From Candidatus Hydrogenedentota bacterium (GTDB taxonomy: Bacteria > Hydrogenedentota > Hydrogenedentia > Hydrogenedentales > SLHB01): a DNA stretch of 64,000 nt. The stretch is taken from the NCBI GenBank assembly GCA_963674865.2, contig CAXXYE010000010.1:32001-96000 (forward strand), given 5' to 3'. The position numbers and the translations under genes are program-made. Below the pieces are notes generated by a model. It had not been told where the DNA came from, made no database searches, and saw only the letters and a list, made by a program, of their open reading frames with translations. Below are positions 1-9,840 of the stretch, in pieces; the stretch's first letter is position 1, and each line of letters begins with the position of its first letter.

Positions 1-826
1 CCACCGGATCGTCGACGAACAAGACAAGCTGCGTGCGCATCGGCATGCCCGCACGGTACCGGTGGCCGAAAGCGATGGCCCAGCGAGCGGGCTTCACCTC
101 TCGCCGGAGAACCTGCAGCCGCGCATCTTGCGGGCCGAGCGGACTCGCCTCCGTGTCGAATCCTAGGAACGCATCTTCTCCAAAGGAGGCCGCATACGGG
201 ACGGGCCCGAAGAAACGACTGTAGATTCCCTGCGACTGATCTCGTGAGCCCGGCGTCACGAATGTTGGAATACGGCACGTGTCGAGTACGCCCAGGAAGG
301 CGCGGAACGCCTCAGCGGAGCCATCGGCAGTGAGATCGCCCGAGATCAATACGGCGGAAGCTGGCCCATCATTGAGTGCGTCGATCGTTTGACGAAACAT
401 ATCGAGGGAAGCCCCGGCATCCTCTCCCGCCCCGACGCGCGTGTCGGCGATATGGGCCAGGAGGTAGTATTCGTCGAAAGCGGCGCGGACGAACACCGCC
501 CTGCTGCTGACGTCGCTACGCCCGGAATCGGGAGTCGCCTGCAGGTCGTAGCTCCCCGGGGGCGTATCCGCGGGAAGGGTGCCCCGTACCGCGAAACGCC
601 CCCCCGGCAAGGTGCGCGATTCCGACGCCACGGCAAGTGTCCGCCCCTCCCCGACTAGCTGTAGCGCAGCCTCTTGGGTGAGCACCGCCTCCACCACGCC
701 GCCCGGCGTAACGACGGCCGGCTGCCCGCTGTTCGGCGTAACGATCACGTCCAAGGTACCGTCCGGCTGCCGGGCGCTTGCCGTAGCGGCCATGAGGAGT
801 GCGAGTGCAGCGATCCGCCGCGTCAT
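1..826 (-). CDS. Exported metallophosphoesterase-fold protein with degenerate motifs (3' end beyond window)
   Basis: Hand translation from ATG at 826, which overlaps the upstream TGA. Signal peptide MTRRIAALALLMAATASA, then AHIADTRVG, ISGDLTADG, VTPGSRD and AFGHRY at the positions of calcineurin-like motifs I-IV. Open to the window edge and absent from the ORF track. Confidence 0.75.
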   Translation of the reverse strand, partial: MTRRIAALALLMAATASARQPDGTLDVIVTPNSGQPAVVTPGGVVEAVLTQEAALQLVGEGRTLAVASESRTLPGGRFAVRGTLPADTPPGSYDLQATPDSGRSDVSSRAVFVRAAFDEYYLLAHIADTRVGAGEDAGASLDMFRQTIDALNDGPASAVLISGDLTADGSAEAFRAFLGVLDTCRIPTFVTPGSRDQSQGIYSRFFGPVPYAASFGEDAFLGFDTEASPLGPQDARLQVLRREVKPARWAIAFGHRYRAGMPMRTQLVLFVDDPV

Positions 827-1953
827 CACGACCTCCCCGGCCGCCAGGCTGGCGCGATGTCATCCCCAAGGTGGTCCGTTAGCTGCTTCGTCATCCCTGA
901 GGCGATGTCGGTTGCGAAGATCTCCGGATTGCCCGTGCGCGTCGACGTGTAAGCCACCCAGTGCCCGTCCGGCGACCACGACGGCCCCCAGTTATCCGAA
1001 TCCGGCGTAACCGCAATCGGGAATACGCGAACCGTGCCTGCGTAAACCCGGTACACGCCGCAGCGGCCGTCCCGAAAGGACTCGAAAGCCACCCATTTCC
1101 CATCCGGCGACCACACCGGATTCCAGTCGGCCGCGCGATGATTGGTGATATCGATGGTGCCCTTCACGAAATCCAGAACGAAAATCTCTCGATCCCCGCC
1201 GTCATTCGACTCGAAGGCGATCTTCTTGCCCTTGGGGTGTTGCTCAACGCCCCATTCGACGTAGGCCCCGGATGAAGGTATGGCCCGCTCCGAAATGATG
1301 CCCGCCGCCACCAGATCGGGAATGGCAACAGCCCGATCCTCGATCACAATGAAGATGTCCGACGACGGCTTCTCCGCGCTGCCCGTGGCCCCCACGGCCA
1401 GCAACACGGCATTGGATTTCGCCGCGGCCTCCAAGAAGGCCGCCAGGTCCGGATGCTCCGAGAAATCCCCGCCCACCAGGGCCTCATAGATCACCCTTGG
1501 ATTGAGCCAAGCCGGCCGCATCAACCCGGGCCTTCCCTGGGCCCAGGGCGTCTCGCGTCCCGATTCGAGATCGTACACCCAGATGCCGGCCTCCACGCCG
1601 CTGCCCGCCGCATAAGCTACCTTCTTACCGTCAGGCGACCACCGCGGCGCGCGATTCACCATGCCCGGACGGCCTACCTTTCGTGAAGAGCCGTCATGGA
1701 CTGCCAGCAGCCGGATCGAGGTCCCCTCGCTATCCCGGGATGTGTAGGCAATCCATTCTCCGTCCGGCGACCACACAGGCGCCTCGCCGCACGCGTCGGA
1801 TGCCAGTTCCCGTACCGTGCCGCGGCCCGCATTCAGCAGGCAGAGTCGCTGCCCATCCGAGACGAACGCCACCTCTCCTGTGAGCTCCACGGCGCGGCAC
1901 CCGACTCCGACGAGGCACACCGCTACCGCCAGAGATATTCTCAAGGCCATCAT
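826..1953 (-). CDS. TolB-like PD40 beta-propeller lipoprotein
   Basis: Repeated P-x-WSPDG motifs; hydrophobic N-terminus ending in a lipobox-like VGC. Confidence 0.85.
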   Translation of the reverse strand: MMALRISLAVAVCLVGVGCRAVELTGEVAFVSDGQRLCLLNAGRGTVRELASDACGEAPVWSPDGEWIAYTSRDSEGTSIRLLAVHDGSSRKVGRPGMVNRAPRWSPDGKKVAYAAGSGVEAGIWVYDLESGRETPWAQGRPGLMRPAWLNPRVIYEALVGGDFSEHPDLAAFLEAAAKSNAVLLAVGATGSAEKPSSDIFIVIEDRAVAIPDLVAAGIISERAIPSSGAYVEWGVEQHPKGKKIAFESNDGGDREIFVLDFVKGTIDITNHRAADWNPVWSPDGKWVAFESFRDGRCGVYRVYAGTVRVFPIAVTPDSDNWGPSWSPDGHWVAYTSTRTGNPEIFATDIASGMTKQLTDHLGDDIAPAWRPGRS

Positions 1954-2342
1954 GCGGGGGATTGTAACACATGGCCATTGGCCAACCTAGCCCGCCTATT
2001 CCACTCAAGCCTATGCTCGAAACGCTGTTTGACCCTATGAATACGGGCCAGATCATGTCTGGCGCACAGCTTTGCGCGGTAGCGTTTCGTCACCTGGGCC
2101 TGGCCCGGCCACCGGGCGTCAACGAGCCCGACATCCCAGCAAACACAAGGTGGAATGTGCGGGCCGCCCGGGACTCATGGAATATCCGGGCAAGATATCC
2201 AAGCGGATGCCGCAGGCAACCGCGTGTGAGAGATCCAGTGTAAGCTCCCCAATGCACGCCCATGTTGCCCGGCAAGGGCCAGTTTGCAGGGGCGAACCAC
2301 ACGGCACCTCCTCATTTTCGCCGCCTGGCCTGCGTGCTGTCG

Positions 2343-2372
2343 TTGACAGTCAAGCGGCCGGTGTGGTACTTT
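2343..2372 (+). promoter_or_regulatory. Putative sigma70 promoter of the prepilin-like gene
   Basis: TTGACA (2343-2348), 18-bp spacer, TG-N-TACTTT (2367-2372). Confidence 0.55.
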
Positions 2373-2471
2373 GACAACTGGCGGTATGTACACTGTTTAC
2401 AAACAGGTTACGCGAGTCGTGCGATGCATTTTGCTGATTCGGCAAGCAGGCCGGGCAAAGGGGGTTGGGTG

Positions 2472-3611
2472 ATGGCTACACACGAGAGAAGCGGTTTCAC
2501 GCTCATTGAACTCTTGGTGGTTATTACCATTATTAGTATTTTAATGGCGATGCTGCTACCTGCCCTCGTACGAGCCCGAGAGCAGGCCCGTAGAATTCAG
2601 TGTGCAAGCAACCTCCGGCAAATGGGCATGGTCTTCTTCATGTTCTCGGACGAACACAATGGCCTTTTCCCGCCGGCCCATCCCAACAACTACTGGGGAG
2701 AGCCCTGGCTTTGGGAGGAGGTCACCACGTATATGGATGGCGAAGGCTACCGGGAGATTCCGAACCTTATCCGGAATAACTACACCTTCGATCTTGAGTC
2801 CATCTATCCGGAGTACCTGGATGATACGAACGTGTTGATCTGCCCCTCCAAGCCTACGTCACTGCTCGAAGGAAAGGATGCCTGGTACAGAGATGTAACC
2901 TTTGCTCCCGAGCACATCGACTTCGACCGTACCATCTTTCCCGACGACTACTTCCCGGAAGATTTCGACTTCAACGAGGCCTATGACCTCACCCAGATGG
3001 CCGGCCTGCAGAAACCCCGTCCCGATCCTGACTGTATGACCAACCAGACGTATTTCTACATGCCTTATGCCGTCGTCACTGAAGAGCAGGCCCTCTATCT
3101 GTGGGATGAACTCGACCGGCGCATGTGGGAGGGCGAGGTCGATTTCATGAAGCGCGAACTCCAAATTGACGAGTACCACGCCCCCGGCGGAGGCAAGGTG
3201 TATTACCGGATGCAGGTCAATATGGGGCCCCACTTCATCAGCGATGTAAACGACGCCGCCCGCGGCGTCGTCTCAGATTCGCAGATTCCCGTCCTGTTCG
3301 ACGCCTTCTCCGATGATGGCCTGGCGAGGCTGAACCACATGGAACCTCCCGGAGGCAACATCCTCTTTCTGGATGGACACGTGGAGTTCAGGAAGTACCC
3401 CGACAAATACCACCGCATCCCCTATACACCGGACTTCGTGGACTGGGCCCGCGCAAACACCTATGACGACCTTCCCCTGACGAACGTACCGCCTTGGTGC
3501 GGCAACCGCAACAACGACACTGCGTTCGAGCCCCGTTATTGGTATTACCCCAACGACCCCGAATACCAAGATTTACTGCTGGATTTTATCCCGAATCCTT
3601 TCCTCGAGTGA
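2472..3611 (+). CDS. Prepilin-type N-terminal cleavage/methylation protein, DUF1559 / H-X9-DG family
   Basis: GFTLIELLVVITIISILMAMLLPALVRAREQARRIQCASNLRQ and C-terminal NHMEPPGGNILFLDGHV. Start moved to ATG 2472 (MATHERSG|F). Confidence 0.92.
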   Translation: MATHERSGFTLIELLVVITIISILMAMLLPALVRAREQARRIQCASNLRQMGMVFFMFSDEHNGLFPPAHPNNYWGEPWLWEEVTTYMDGEGYREIPNLIRNNYTFDLESIYPEYLDDTNVLICPSKPTSLLEGKDAWYRDVTFAPEHIDFDRTIFPDDYFPEDFDFNEAYDLTQMAGLQKPRPDPDCMTNQTYFYMPYAVVTEEQALYLWDELDRRMWEGEVDFMKRELQIDEYHAPGGGKVYYRMQVNMGPHFISDVNDAARGVVSDSQIPVLFDAFSDDGLARLNHMEPPGGNILFLDGHVEFRKYPDKYHRIPYTPDFVDWARANTYDDLPLTNVPPWCGNRNNDTAFEPRYWYYPNDPEYQDLLLDFIPNPFLE

Positions 3612-3690
3612 CGGATTCGGAGCAAGGCTGATTGGGTCCGCCGTTGAGCGCGATATCGGCGCCTTACCGGCAAAGAAGGAAAGTGAAACG

Positions 3691-5334
3691 ATGAAGCACC
3701 GACTGCTGCTAACGGGCCTTCTGGTCGTCGCATGCCTGACGCTCGCCGCCACGGATGCGCTCGCTTGGGGGCCGAACGCCAAGAAGGCCATTACCGGAAC
3801 GGCCGTCAAGGTTGTCCGGAGAACCTTCTCCGACCTGTTCGAAACGGATACAGTCAGCTACGAGGACGAGGTCTTTCAGGGCGCGTTGGATGGCCCGGAA
3901 GCCCTCGGCGACGTGTTCTTTCTCAAGTCCGACGCTCAAGCTATCGAGGCCGTCAGCAATCAGATCGTTCTCCTCCGAGAGATGCGCAAGTACGGTGTCG
4001 GAAGCTATATGTCCTATCGCATGGGTGTCCTGGCTGCCCTTGTCTCCGACCTCATGCTTCCCTTCGCTGTCAACTACTCCCCCGAAGATGCGCGTCTTCG
4101 CGAGCAGGTCGAAAGCGACATTGACGCGCGTGTCCGCGAAGATACCTTCCGATATCAGCCCGGCGAAGAGCGCCGGCAACTCGTCGTCAATGCGCACGAT
4201 TACTTCGGCGGAAGGCGTGTATTCTTCGACCAGAACCGGCGGATAATTCGCGATGACTATGCCATAGGAATAGGTTATAACGGGTTCTTGAAGAAGGGCG
4301 CCGAGATGTATTTCGGCCGATCCATCGACGCTGTGGCCAACGTTTGGTACAGCGTGCTCGTCCACACCCGCGAACAGCAGTTCCCCCAGCCATCAAAACA
4401 AGCCACCACGTGGTATCTCGTTCGTGAGATCGAGTTCCTCATCGAGAAAAAGCGCCCCCTTGCCGAAGTCGAGGTCGCCTGTGCCCATTTCGAGCAGGAG
4501 AACCCAGGCGACTTCGACGCCATCGTCCGCGTTGGCGACATCTTCTACAATAACGGATATACAGACCGCGGCGTGCGCGAATGGGAGATCGCCTACAGTT
4601 TCGACGGACCACACCGCACTCCGGTTGGTAAGAAGCTATCGGCTCACTACATTGGAGTTGGCCAGGCCCTCATGGCGTCTGCTGCGAGCCCGGCCCCTAA
4701 GGAAACCGACCTGTCCAACGCTTCCAATGCTTTCCAGCAGGCCCTCGAATTCGACCGCACCAACGCCGATGCCGCAAGATTGTTTAATGAAGCGGAAGCC
4801 GCCAAGCGACGTCGCGAAGAAGAACGCGAAATGGCCATGAAATTCGTCGCCGCGGGCGAGACCCTCATGAACGAAGCGTGGCGCAGCTTCTCCGCGGGCA
4901 AAGATCCCGGCCACGCCATCTTCTCCTACAATCAGGCCATCATGGTGCTCAAGCAGGTCGATGATACCTTCGCCGAACAGAAGAAGGCCGCTGACGCCAG
5001 GATCTCGGAGGCCGGCAAGAAGATCACCGATGTCGTCAACGCCGTCTTGAGCAGTGCCGAGGAGGCCATCGACGCCGGCGATGAACTCGTCGATCAGAAC
5101 AAGTTCGACGAGGCTATTGCCCGCTACGAGAGTGTCGCGAGGCTCGTCAGCGTCATTCCGGACTTCGTGAGCGATATCCACAAGAGAGACAAGGCCGACA
5201 CGCTCGCGCTCGCCGAAGAGCGTCTTCGCACCGCCCAGAGCAAGAAGGCGCAGTGGGAGCGGCAGCAACAGGCTCAACAGGCGCCTGCGGAAACCGGCGG
5301 CGAGTCGGGCGGGAAGAAGGACGACTTCTTCTAG
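3691..5334 (+). CDS. Secreted TPR-like helical protein with a degenerate PLC/S1-P1-like N-terminal domain
   Basis: Signal peptide ALA|WG, then TPR-like segments (AFQQALEFDRTNADA, KFDEAIARYESV). Confidence 0.75.
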   Translation: MKHRLLLTGLLVVACLTLAATDALAWGPNAKKAITGTAVKVVRRTFSDLFETDTVSYEDEVFQGALDGPEALGDVFFLKSDAQAIEAVSNQIVLLREMRKYGVGSYMSYRMGVLAALVSDLMLPFAVNYSPEDARLREQVESDIDARVREDTFRYQPGEERRQLVVNAHDYFGGRRVFFDQNRRIIRDDYAIGIGYNGFLKKGAEMYFGRSIDAVANVWYSVLVHTREQQFPQPSKQATTWYLVREIEFLIEKKRPLAEVEVACAHFEQENPGDFDAIVRVGDIFYNNGYTDRGVREWEIAYSFDGPHRTPVGKKLSAHYIGVGQALMASAASPAPKETDLSNASNAFQQALEFDRTNADAARLFNEAEAAKRRREEEREMAMKFVAAGETLMNEAWRSFSAGKDPGHAIFSYNQAIMVLKQVDDTFAEQKKAADARISEAGKKITDVVNAVLSSAEEAIDAGDELVDQNKFDEAIARYESVARLVSVIPDFVSDIHKRDKADTLALAEERLRTAQSKKAQWERQQQAQQAPAETGGESGGKKDDFF

Positions 5335-5471
5335 TAGCCGCAGTTACGGGCCGGACTTCTAGGCCGTTATCTTCGACTCACAGTGACGACTCACCCAGCC
5401 GCTCCAGAGCCCCGGGCTCTTAGGGCGGCTCTTTCATTGCCTGCGATGTGCGCGTTCCCTCCTCACTCCCG

Positions 5472-6314
5472 CTATTCCGGAGGGTGGCCGCGCTTGCGTG
5501 CCTCAATCGCCTCGGAGCGGCCTTTGGTGAGCGTGCGGGCAAGGAACCGGACGCTACGTGGGAAGTGACGTGCCGCGAACGCCATCATTTTCCCGTGGCC
5601 CGTGATTACGGCCTCGAATTGGCCCCTGTGAATGGCGCGCACGATTTCCCGGGCGGCCTTATCCGTGGGCCGACACAGCCATCGAGGCGCCGAATCCTTC
5701 CGATCCGCGTGATACACGCCATCGTTATCGACGCTCCGGAACTCGCTGGCCACCACCCCCGGATTGATGCACGTAACATCGATCCCCAGCTCCCCCAACT
5801 CATAGTAGAGCGACTCTGCGAGGCCGCATAGAGCGAACTTGCTTGCGCAGTAGGCCGATGTCGTCGGCGCACCAAGGCGGCCGAGCACGCTCGACACAAC
5901 GCCCAGCCGGCCGCGCGACGCCTTGAGGTGCGGCAGCACAGCGTAGATGGTGTCAATCACGCCGAACACGTTCGTATCGAACTGCCGGCGGTAGTCGGCC
6001 GTTGTCAAGGCCTCGAAGCGGCCGCTCACGCCAAAGCCCGCGTTTGCCACGGCAACGTCGAGCCCCGCGAACGCCTCCACGGCCCCGGCAACGGCCTCGT
6101 CAATACTGCCCCGATCCGTCACGTCGCATTTTACCGAGATGGCTTCTGCCCCCATTGAGCGGACCTGATCTCGAACCGCATTGAGCCGATCGCGGCGCCG
6201 CGCTGCCAGGACCACTCGCCCGCCTTCTCGCCCGAATTCGAGGGCCAAGGCCGCACCGATACCCGAAGACGCCCCTGTGATGAAAATGGCCTTTCCCTCG
6301 AATCGTCGCGCCAT
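5472..6314 (-). CDS. Short-chain dehydrogenase/reductase
   Basis: ITGASSGIG, ANAG, catalytic YCASK. Confidence 0.93.
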   Translation of the reverse strand: MARRFEGKAIFITGASSGIGAALALEFGREGGRVVLAARRRDRLNAVRDQVRSMGAEAISVKCDVTDRGSIDEAVAGAVEAFAGLDVAVANAGFGVSGRFEALTTADYRRQFDTNVFGVIDTIYAVLPHLKASRGRLGVVSSVLGRLGAPTTSAYCASKFALCGLAESLYYELGELGIDVTCINPGVVASEFRSVDNDGVYHADRKDSAPRWLCRPTDKAAREIVRAIHRGQFEAVITGHGKMMAFAARHFPRSVRFLARTLTKGRSEAIEARKRGHPPE

Positions 6315-6567
6315 ATCCTAGCTCCTTCATGCACTCCCGGGCGCCGCCTATCGCTAGGCTTCCATACGACCTGTCGCTGCGGCGTCCCCAGCAAGCAACG
6401 TTTCGATAATAACATCGCGCAGCCGTCAGGTCCTATCCATTGCTGCTATTTCCTTTGCCCTTGAGTCCGTTCTGGAAACGATGACGAGCACGCACCGGCG
6501 TAGCCTCTGCGCGCAAGACGTCGTGATTTTCCGTCGTCAAGACTACCGCGATAGAGATAAAAGTGTT

Positions 6568-6597
6568 TCTTCGTGTCTTTGTGACTTGGCGGTGAAA
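6568..6597. repeat. Short 8-nt-period degenerate tandem repeat
   Basis: TCTTCGTG-TCTTTGTG-ACTTGGCG followed by GTGAAA, in intergenic DNA. Confidence 0.45.
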
Positions 6598-6696
6598 AGG
6601 CCCTGCCCGCTGCTTTGCGGCCTGCCTCCCGAAGTGCCTCCTGTGCTAGACTGCTCACCAGTGGGACGGCGGAAGCACCTGGGAGGACCCTTTATT

Positions 6697-7680
6697 ATGC
6701 GAACGCGCGTGTTGGGCAAGACAGGCCTGGCGGTAAGCGAACTTGGCCTCGGAGGTTTGTTTGTGTCGAAGGTGGGCGGGGCCTTCGAGCAGGGGCGGAA
6801 AGCTATCCACCGGGCCCTCGAACTCGGCGTGACCTACATCGACACGGCGCCGGGCTATGCCGACAGCGAAGAGGTCCTTGGCAATGCGCTGGAGGATGTG
6901 GACGGGCCGGCGATCCTCTCCACAAAGCTGGGCGGCCGCCCCCAGCCCTTTCTCCCGCAAGATCGCGACGGCCTCATGCGCTCTGTTGAGGAGAGTCTGC
7001 GCCTTCTCAAACGGGAGCACATCGATATCCTCATGATCCACGAGCCGGATCGCCCGAGGCAGTACGATTGGTGGGGCGATTGGGAGTCATTCGATGGCCC
7101 CGTGCTCGAGCTGATGGCGGACCTCAAGCGCGATGGCGTGATTTCCTACACGGGCCTCGGAGGAACGACGGCCTACGAGCTGGCGCGGATCATACGCACG
7201 GGGAAGTTCGACGTGGTTCTCACCGCGTTTAACTACAGCCTGCTTTGGCGCGAGGCCGGACACGAGGTATTGCCCGCCGCGAAAGAGCAGGGGATGGGCA
7301 TTATCATCGGTTCGCCTCTCCAGCAGGGCGCGCTGGCCTGCCGCTATGACGAAGAGATCGAACACGGCGCGCCGTGGTTAAGCAAGCCGCGCCGCGAGCA
7401 GTACCGAGCGCTCTACCGTTTACTGGACGAAGTGGACATGCCCATTGCCGAAGTCGCTCTGCGATTCGCTCTGTCCAATCCTGACGTGGCAACGGTGCTA
7501 ATGGGAGCGCGCTCGGAGAAAGAAGTCGACCTCAACGTGGCCGCCGCGGAACGTGGGCCCCTGCCCAAGCCGCTCCTCGAACGATTGGACGAGATCGCGG
7601 CGATGGTTCCGTTTCGCCCGTTCGAGGAGCCTTTTGGTTTGCCCTTTGGCCGGGACTACCGTGGCCCAGGGCCGGCATGA
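6697..7680 (+). CDS. Aldo/keto reductase
   Basis: LGKTGLAVSELGLG, YIDTAPGY, STK, IHEP. GGGAGGA RBS before ATG 6697. Confidence 0.93.
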   Translation: MRTRVLGKTGLAVSELGLGGLFVSKVGGAFEQGRKAIHRALELGVTYIDTAPGYADSEEVLGNALEDVDGPAILSTKLGGRPQPFLPQDRDGLMRSVEESLRLLKREHIDILMIHEPDRPRQYDWWGDWESFDGPVLELMADLKRDGVISYTGLGGTTAYELARIIRTGKFDVVLTAFNYSLLWREAGHEVLPAAKEQGMGIIIGSPLQQGALACRYDEEIEHGAPWLSKPRREQYRALYRLLDEVDMPIAEVALRFALSNPDVATVLMGARSEKEVDLNVAAAERGPLPKPLLERLDEIAAMVPFRPFEEPFGLPFGRDYRGPGPA

Positions 7681-8726
7681 TGAAAGCCGCCATAGTCGAG
7701 AAGCCCGGCGTGCTCACTGTGCGCGAGGTGCCTACGCCTGCCCCGGGCGACTACGAAGTCCTTTGCGCGCTGTTATACGGCGCGACCTGCACGGGCACCG
7801 ACCAACACATTATCCACGGCCGGATGCCCTGGCCCATCGATTATCCCGCGATCCTGGGACACGAAAGCGTGGGCCGTGTCATCGCCGTAGGCCCGCGTGT
7901 CCGCAACTTCCGTGAGGGGGACTTGATCACGCGAGTCGGCGCCCCGCCTGCGCCGGACGGGAGCTATGGACTGGCCTGGGGCGGCTTCGCGGAGTATGGC
8001 ATTGCCCGCGACCACCGGGCGATGCGCGAGGATGGCCGTCCCCAAGAGGAGTGGAACAACTACCGCGTGAATCAGGTTGTTCCACCGGACATCGATGCAG
8101 CGGCCGCAACCCTCATCATCACATGGCGCGAAACGCTCAGCTACGTTTCAAGGATGGGCGTCGGCCCAGGAACGGCGGTGCTCATCATCGGCTCCGGCGG
8201 AAACGGACTAGCCTTCGCGGCGCACGTGAAGATTCTCGGCGCCGGGCCGATTCTCATGACGGGGAGTCCGGCGCGTGAAGCGGCCGCGCGGCGCGTGGGC
8301 GTGACAAGGTACTACGACTATCACTCGCCATCGCTTGCTGAGCAGATGGCCGATGACGTCGGGGAAGGGGTCGATTTCGTGATTGATGCCGTGGGAAGGT
8401 CGGGCCAGATCGACAGGGCCCTACCCCTCTTAAAGCCCGGAGGATGCCTAGGCCTGTACGGTATCGACGACTTCGACGGTGCGCCGGTGAACCTGCGCCG
8501 TGCGCGGGGCGGCTTCACCTACTTCAGCGGCGGCTGTGACGAGGAGGAAAGCCACGAACGGGTGGTGGCTTTCATGCAAGAGGGAATGCTCGACGCGTCG
8601 ATATGGCTGGACGGCGAGTGCGTCTTCCCCTTGGGGGAAATCGGCGCGGCGTTCGATGCGCTCCGTGAGCGCAAGGCCGTCAAGGCACTCGTGGCGCTCT
8701 CCCCCGAGCGGCATTCGGAAGCATGA
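7677..8726 (+). CDS. Zinc-binding medium-chain dehydrogenase
   Basis: C-TGTD-x-H, LGHESVG, IGSGGNG; ATGA coupling to the AKR. Confidence 0.9.
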   Translation: MMKAAIVEKPGVLTVREVPTPAPGDYEVLCALLYGATCTGTDQHIIHGRMPWPIDYPAILGHESVGRVIAVGPRVRNFREGDLITRVGAPPAPDGSYGLAWGGFAEYGIARDHRAMREDGRPQEEWNNYRVNQVVPPDIDAAAATLIITWRETLSYVSRMGVGPGTAVLIIGSGGNGLAFAAHVKILGAGPILMTGSPAREAAARRVGVTRYYDYHSPSLAEQMADDVGEGVDFVIDAVGRSGQIDRALPLLKPGGCLGLYGIDDFDGAPVNLRRARGGFTYFSGGCDEEESHERVVAFMQEGMLDASIWLDGECVFPLGEIGAAFDALRERKAVKALVALSPERHSEA

Positions 8727-8742
8727 CGGCTGGAAGGAACCG

Positions 8743-9840
8743 ATGATGGCGGAACTCACCAAACGGGAGCGCGTCATGCGCACCATCCGCTTCGAAGAGA
8801 CGGACAGGATTCCCGTATACGACATCTTCCAGAATGACGCCATCATCGAACACTACGCGGGGCGCCCCCTGACAGTCGAAGACGGGACATGGACTACGGG
8901 TGTTGCCGTGGGCCACGCCCTCGACATGGCGCGTAGCGTCGGGGGACCGCACGCCCCCGGAGAGTACCGGCGCGATGACGGACTGGTGATCCAACAGGAG
9001 CGCTGGACAAGTTGGATCGTCGAACGGCCCTTCAAGAACATATCGGAGCTGGTTGTGTGGGTGAAGGAGCGGATTCAAGAGGCGAACCGGCAGGTTTTTG
9101 ACCGGGCCTACGCCGAGCAAGCGCGGCAGGGCATCGAAAGGCGCTGGGCATCCTTTGCGGAGGGCGATTCGACGGGGCGCGGCGACCCCGCGGTCTTGGT
9201 GATCGAGAGCGGCGTGGGACTTACAGAGATGTATTGGGCCGCCGGGATGGAGCTTTTCGTGTCCTTGATGATGGAGTATCCGGACCTCGTCGAAGAATGG
9301 CTCGAAGCCCGCAATCAAGCCGAACTCCGGCGTGTGGCGGCTATCGCCGACCCGGCATGGATCCCCATCGCCCTGCCGTACGACGATATCGCCTTCAAGG
9401 GCGGCCCCCTCTTTTCGCCCGCCTGGCTGAGGCAGTACGTTTTCCCCAGACTGAAGCGTCTGGTCGACGCATGGCACACGCGCGACGCCGCCTGCCTTTT
9501 TCACTCCGACGGCAACCTCTGGCTCGTGATGGATGACCTCGTCGAGGCGGGCATCGACGGCCTCAACCCTCTCGAAGTCCTGGCGAACATGTCGGTGGGC
9601 AGCGTTCGTGAACGCTATCCAGACTTGTTCCTCACCGGCGGCATCGATGTGAGCCAGCTCCTCTCCACGGGCACGCCGGACGAGGTGCGCGACGCCTGCC
9701 GCGTGGCCATCCAAGAGGCTTGTGGACGTGGATACTTCCTTGGTTCCACCACAGAGCTGCACTGGGACGTCAAGCTCGAAAACGCCGTTGCCATGATAGA
9801 GACAGCCTGGGCAACGAGCGGGCACGGCGAGCCGAGGTAG
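8743..9840 (+). CDS. Uroporphyrinogen decarboxylase (URO-D/MtaA-like) family protein
   Basis: LTKRERV...DRIPV start, YDDIAFKGGPLFSP, FHSDGN, GIDGLNPLE, GGIDVSQLL, GTPDEV. Confidence 0.88.
   Translation: MMAELTKRERVMRTIRFEETDRIPVYDIFQNDAIIEHYAGRPLTVEDGTWTTGVAVGHALDMARSVGGPHAPGEYRRDDGLVIQQERWTSWIVERPFKNISELVVWVKERIQEANRQVFDRAYAEQARQGIERRWASFAEGDSTGRGDPAVLVIESGVGLTEMYWAAGMELFVSLMMEYPDLVEEWLEARNQAELRRVAAIADPAWIPIALPYDDIAFKGGPLFSPAWLRQYVFPRLKRLVDAWHTRDAACLFHSDGNLWLVMDDLVEAGIDGLNPLEVLANMSVGSVRERYPDLFLTGGIDVSQLLSTGTPDEVRDACRVAIQEACGRGYFLGSTTELHWDVKLENAVAMIETAWATSGHGEPR

Noticed and set aside
1954..2471. Riboswitch in the long divergent intergenic region, or an N-terminal extension from 2262
   Set aside because: No recognisable aptamer such as c-di-GMP GEMM; the extension overlaps the promoter and would bury the prepilin leader.
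5341..5440. Possible ncRNA or terminator (GACTCAC twice; AGAGCCC-C-GGGCTCT palindrome)
   Set aside because: No tRNA, SRP or riboswitch motifs and only a weak U-tract; at most a terminator between convergent genes.
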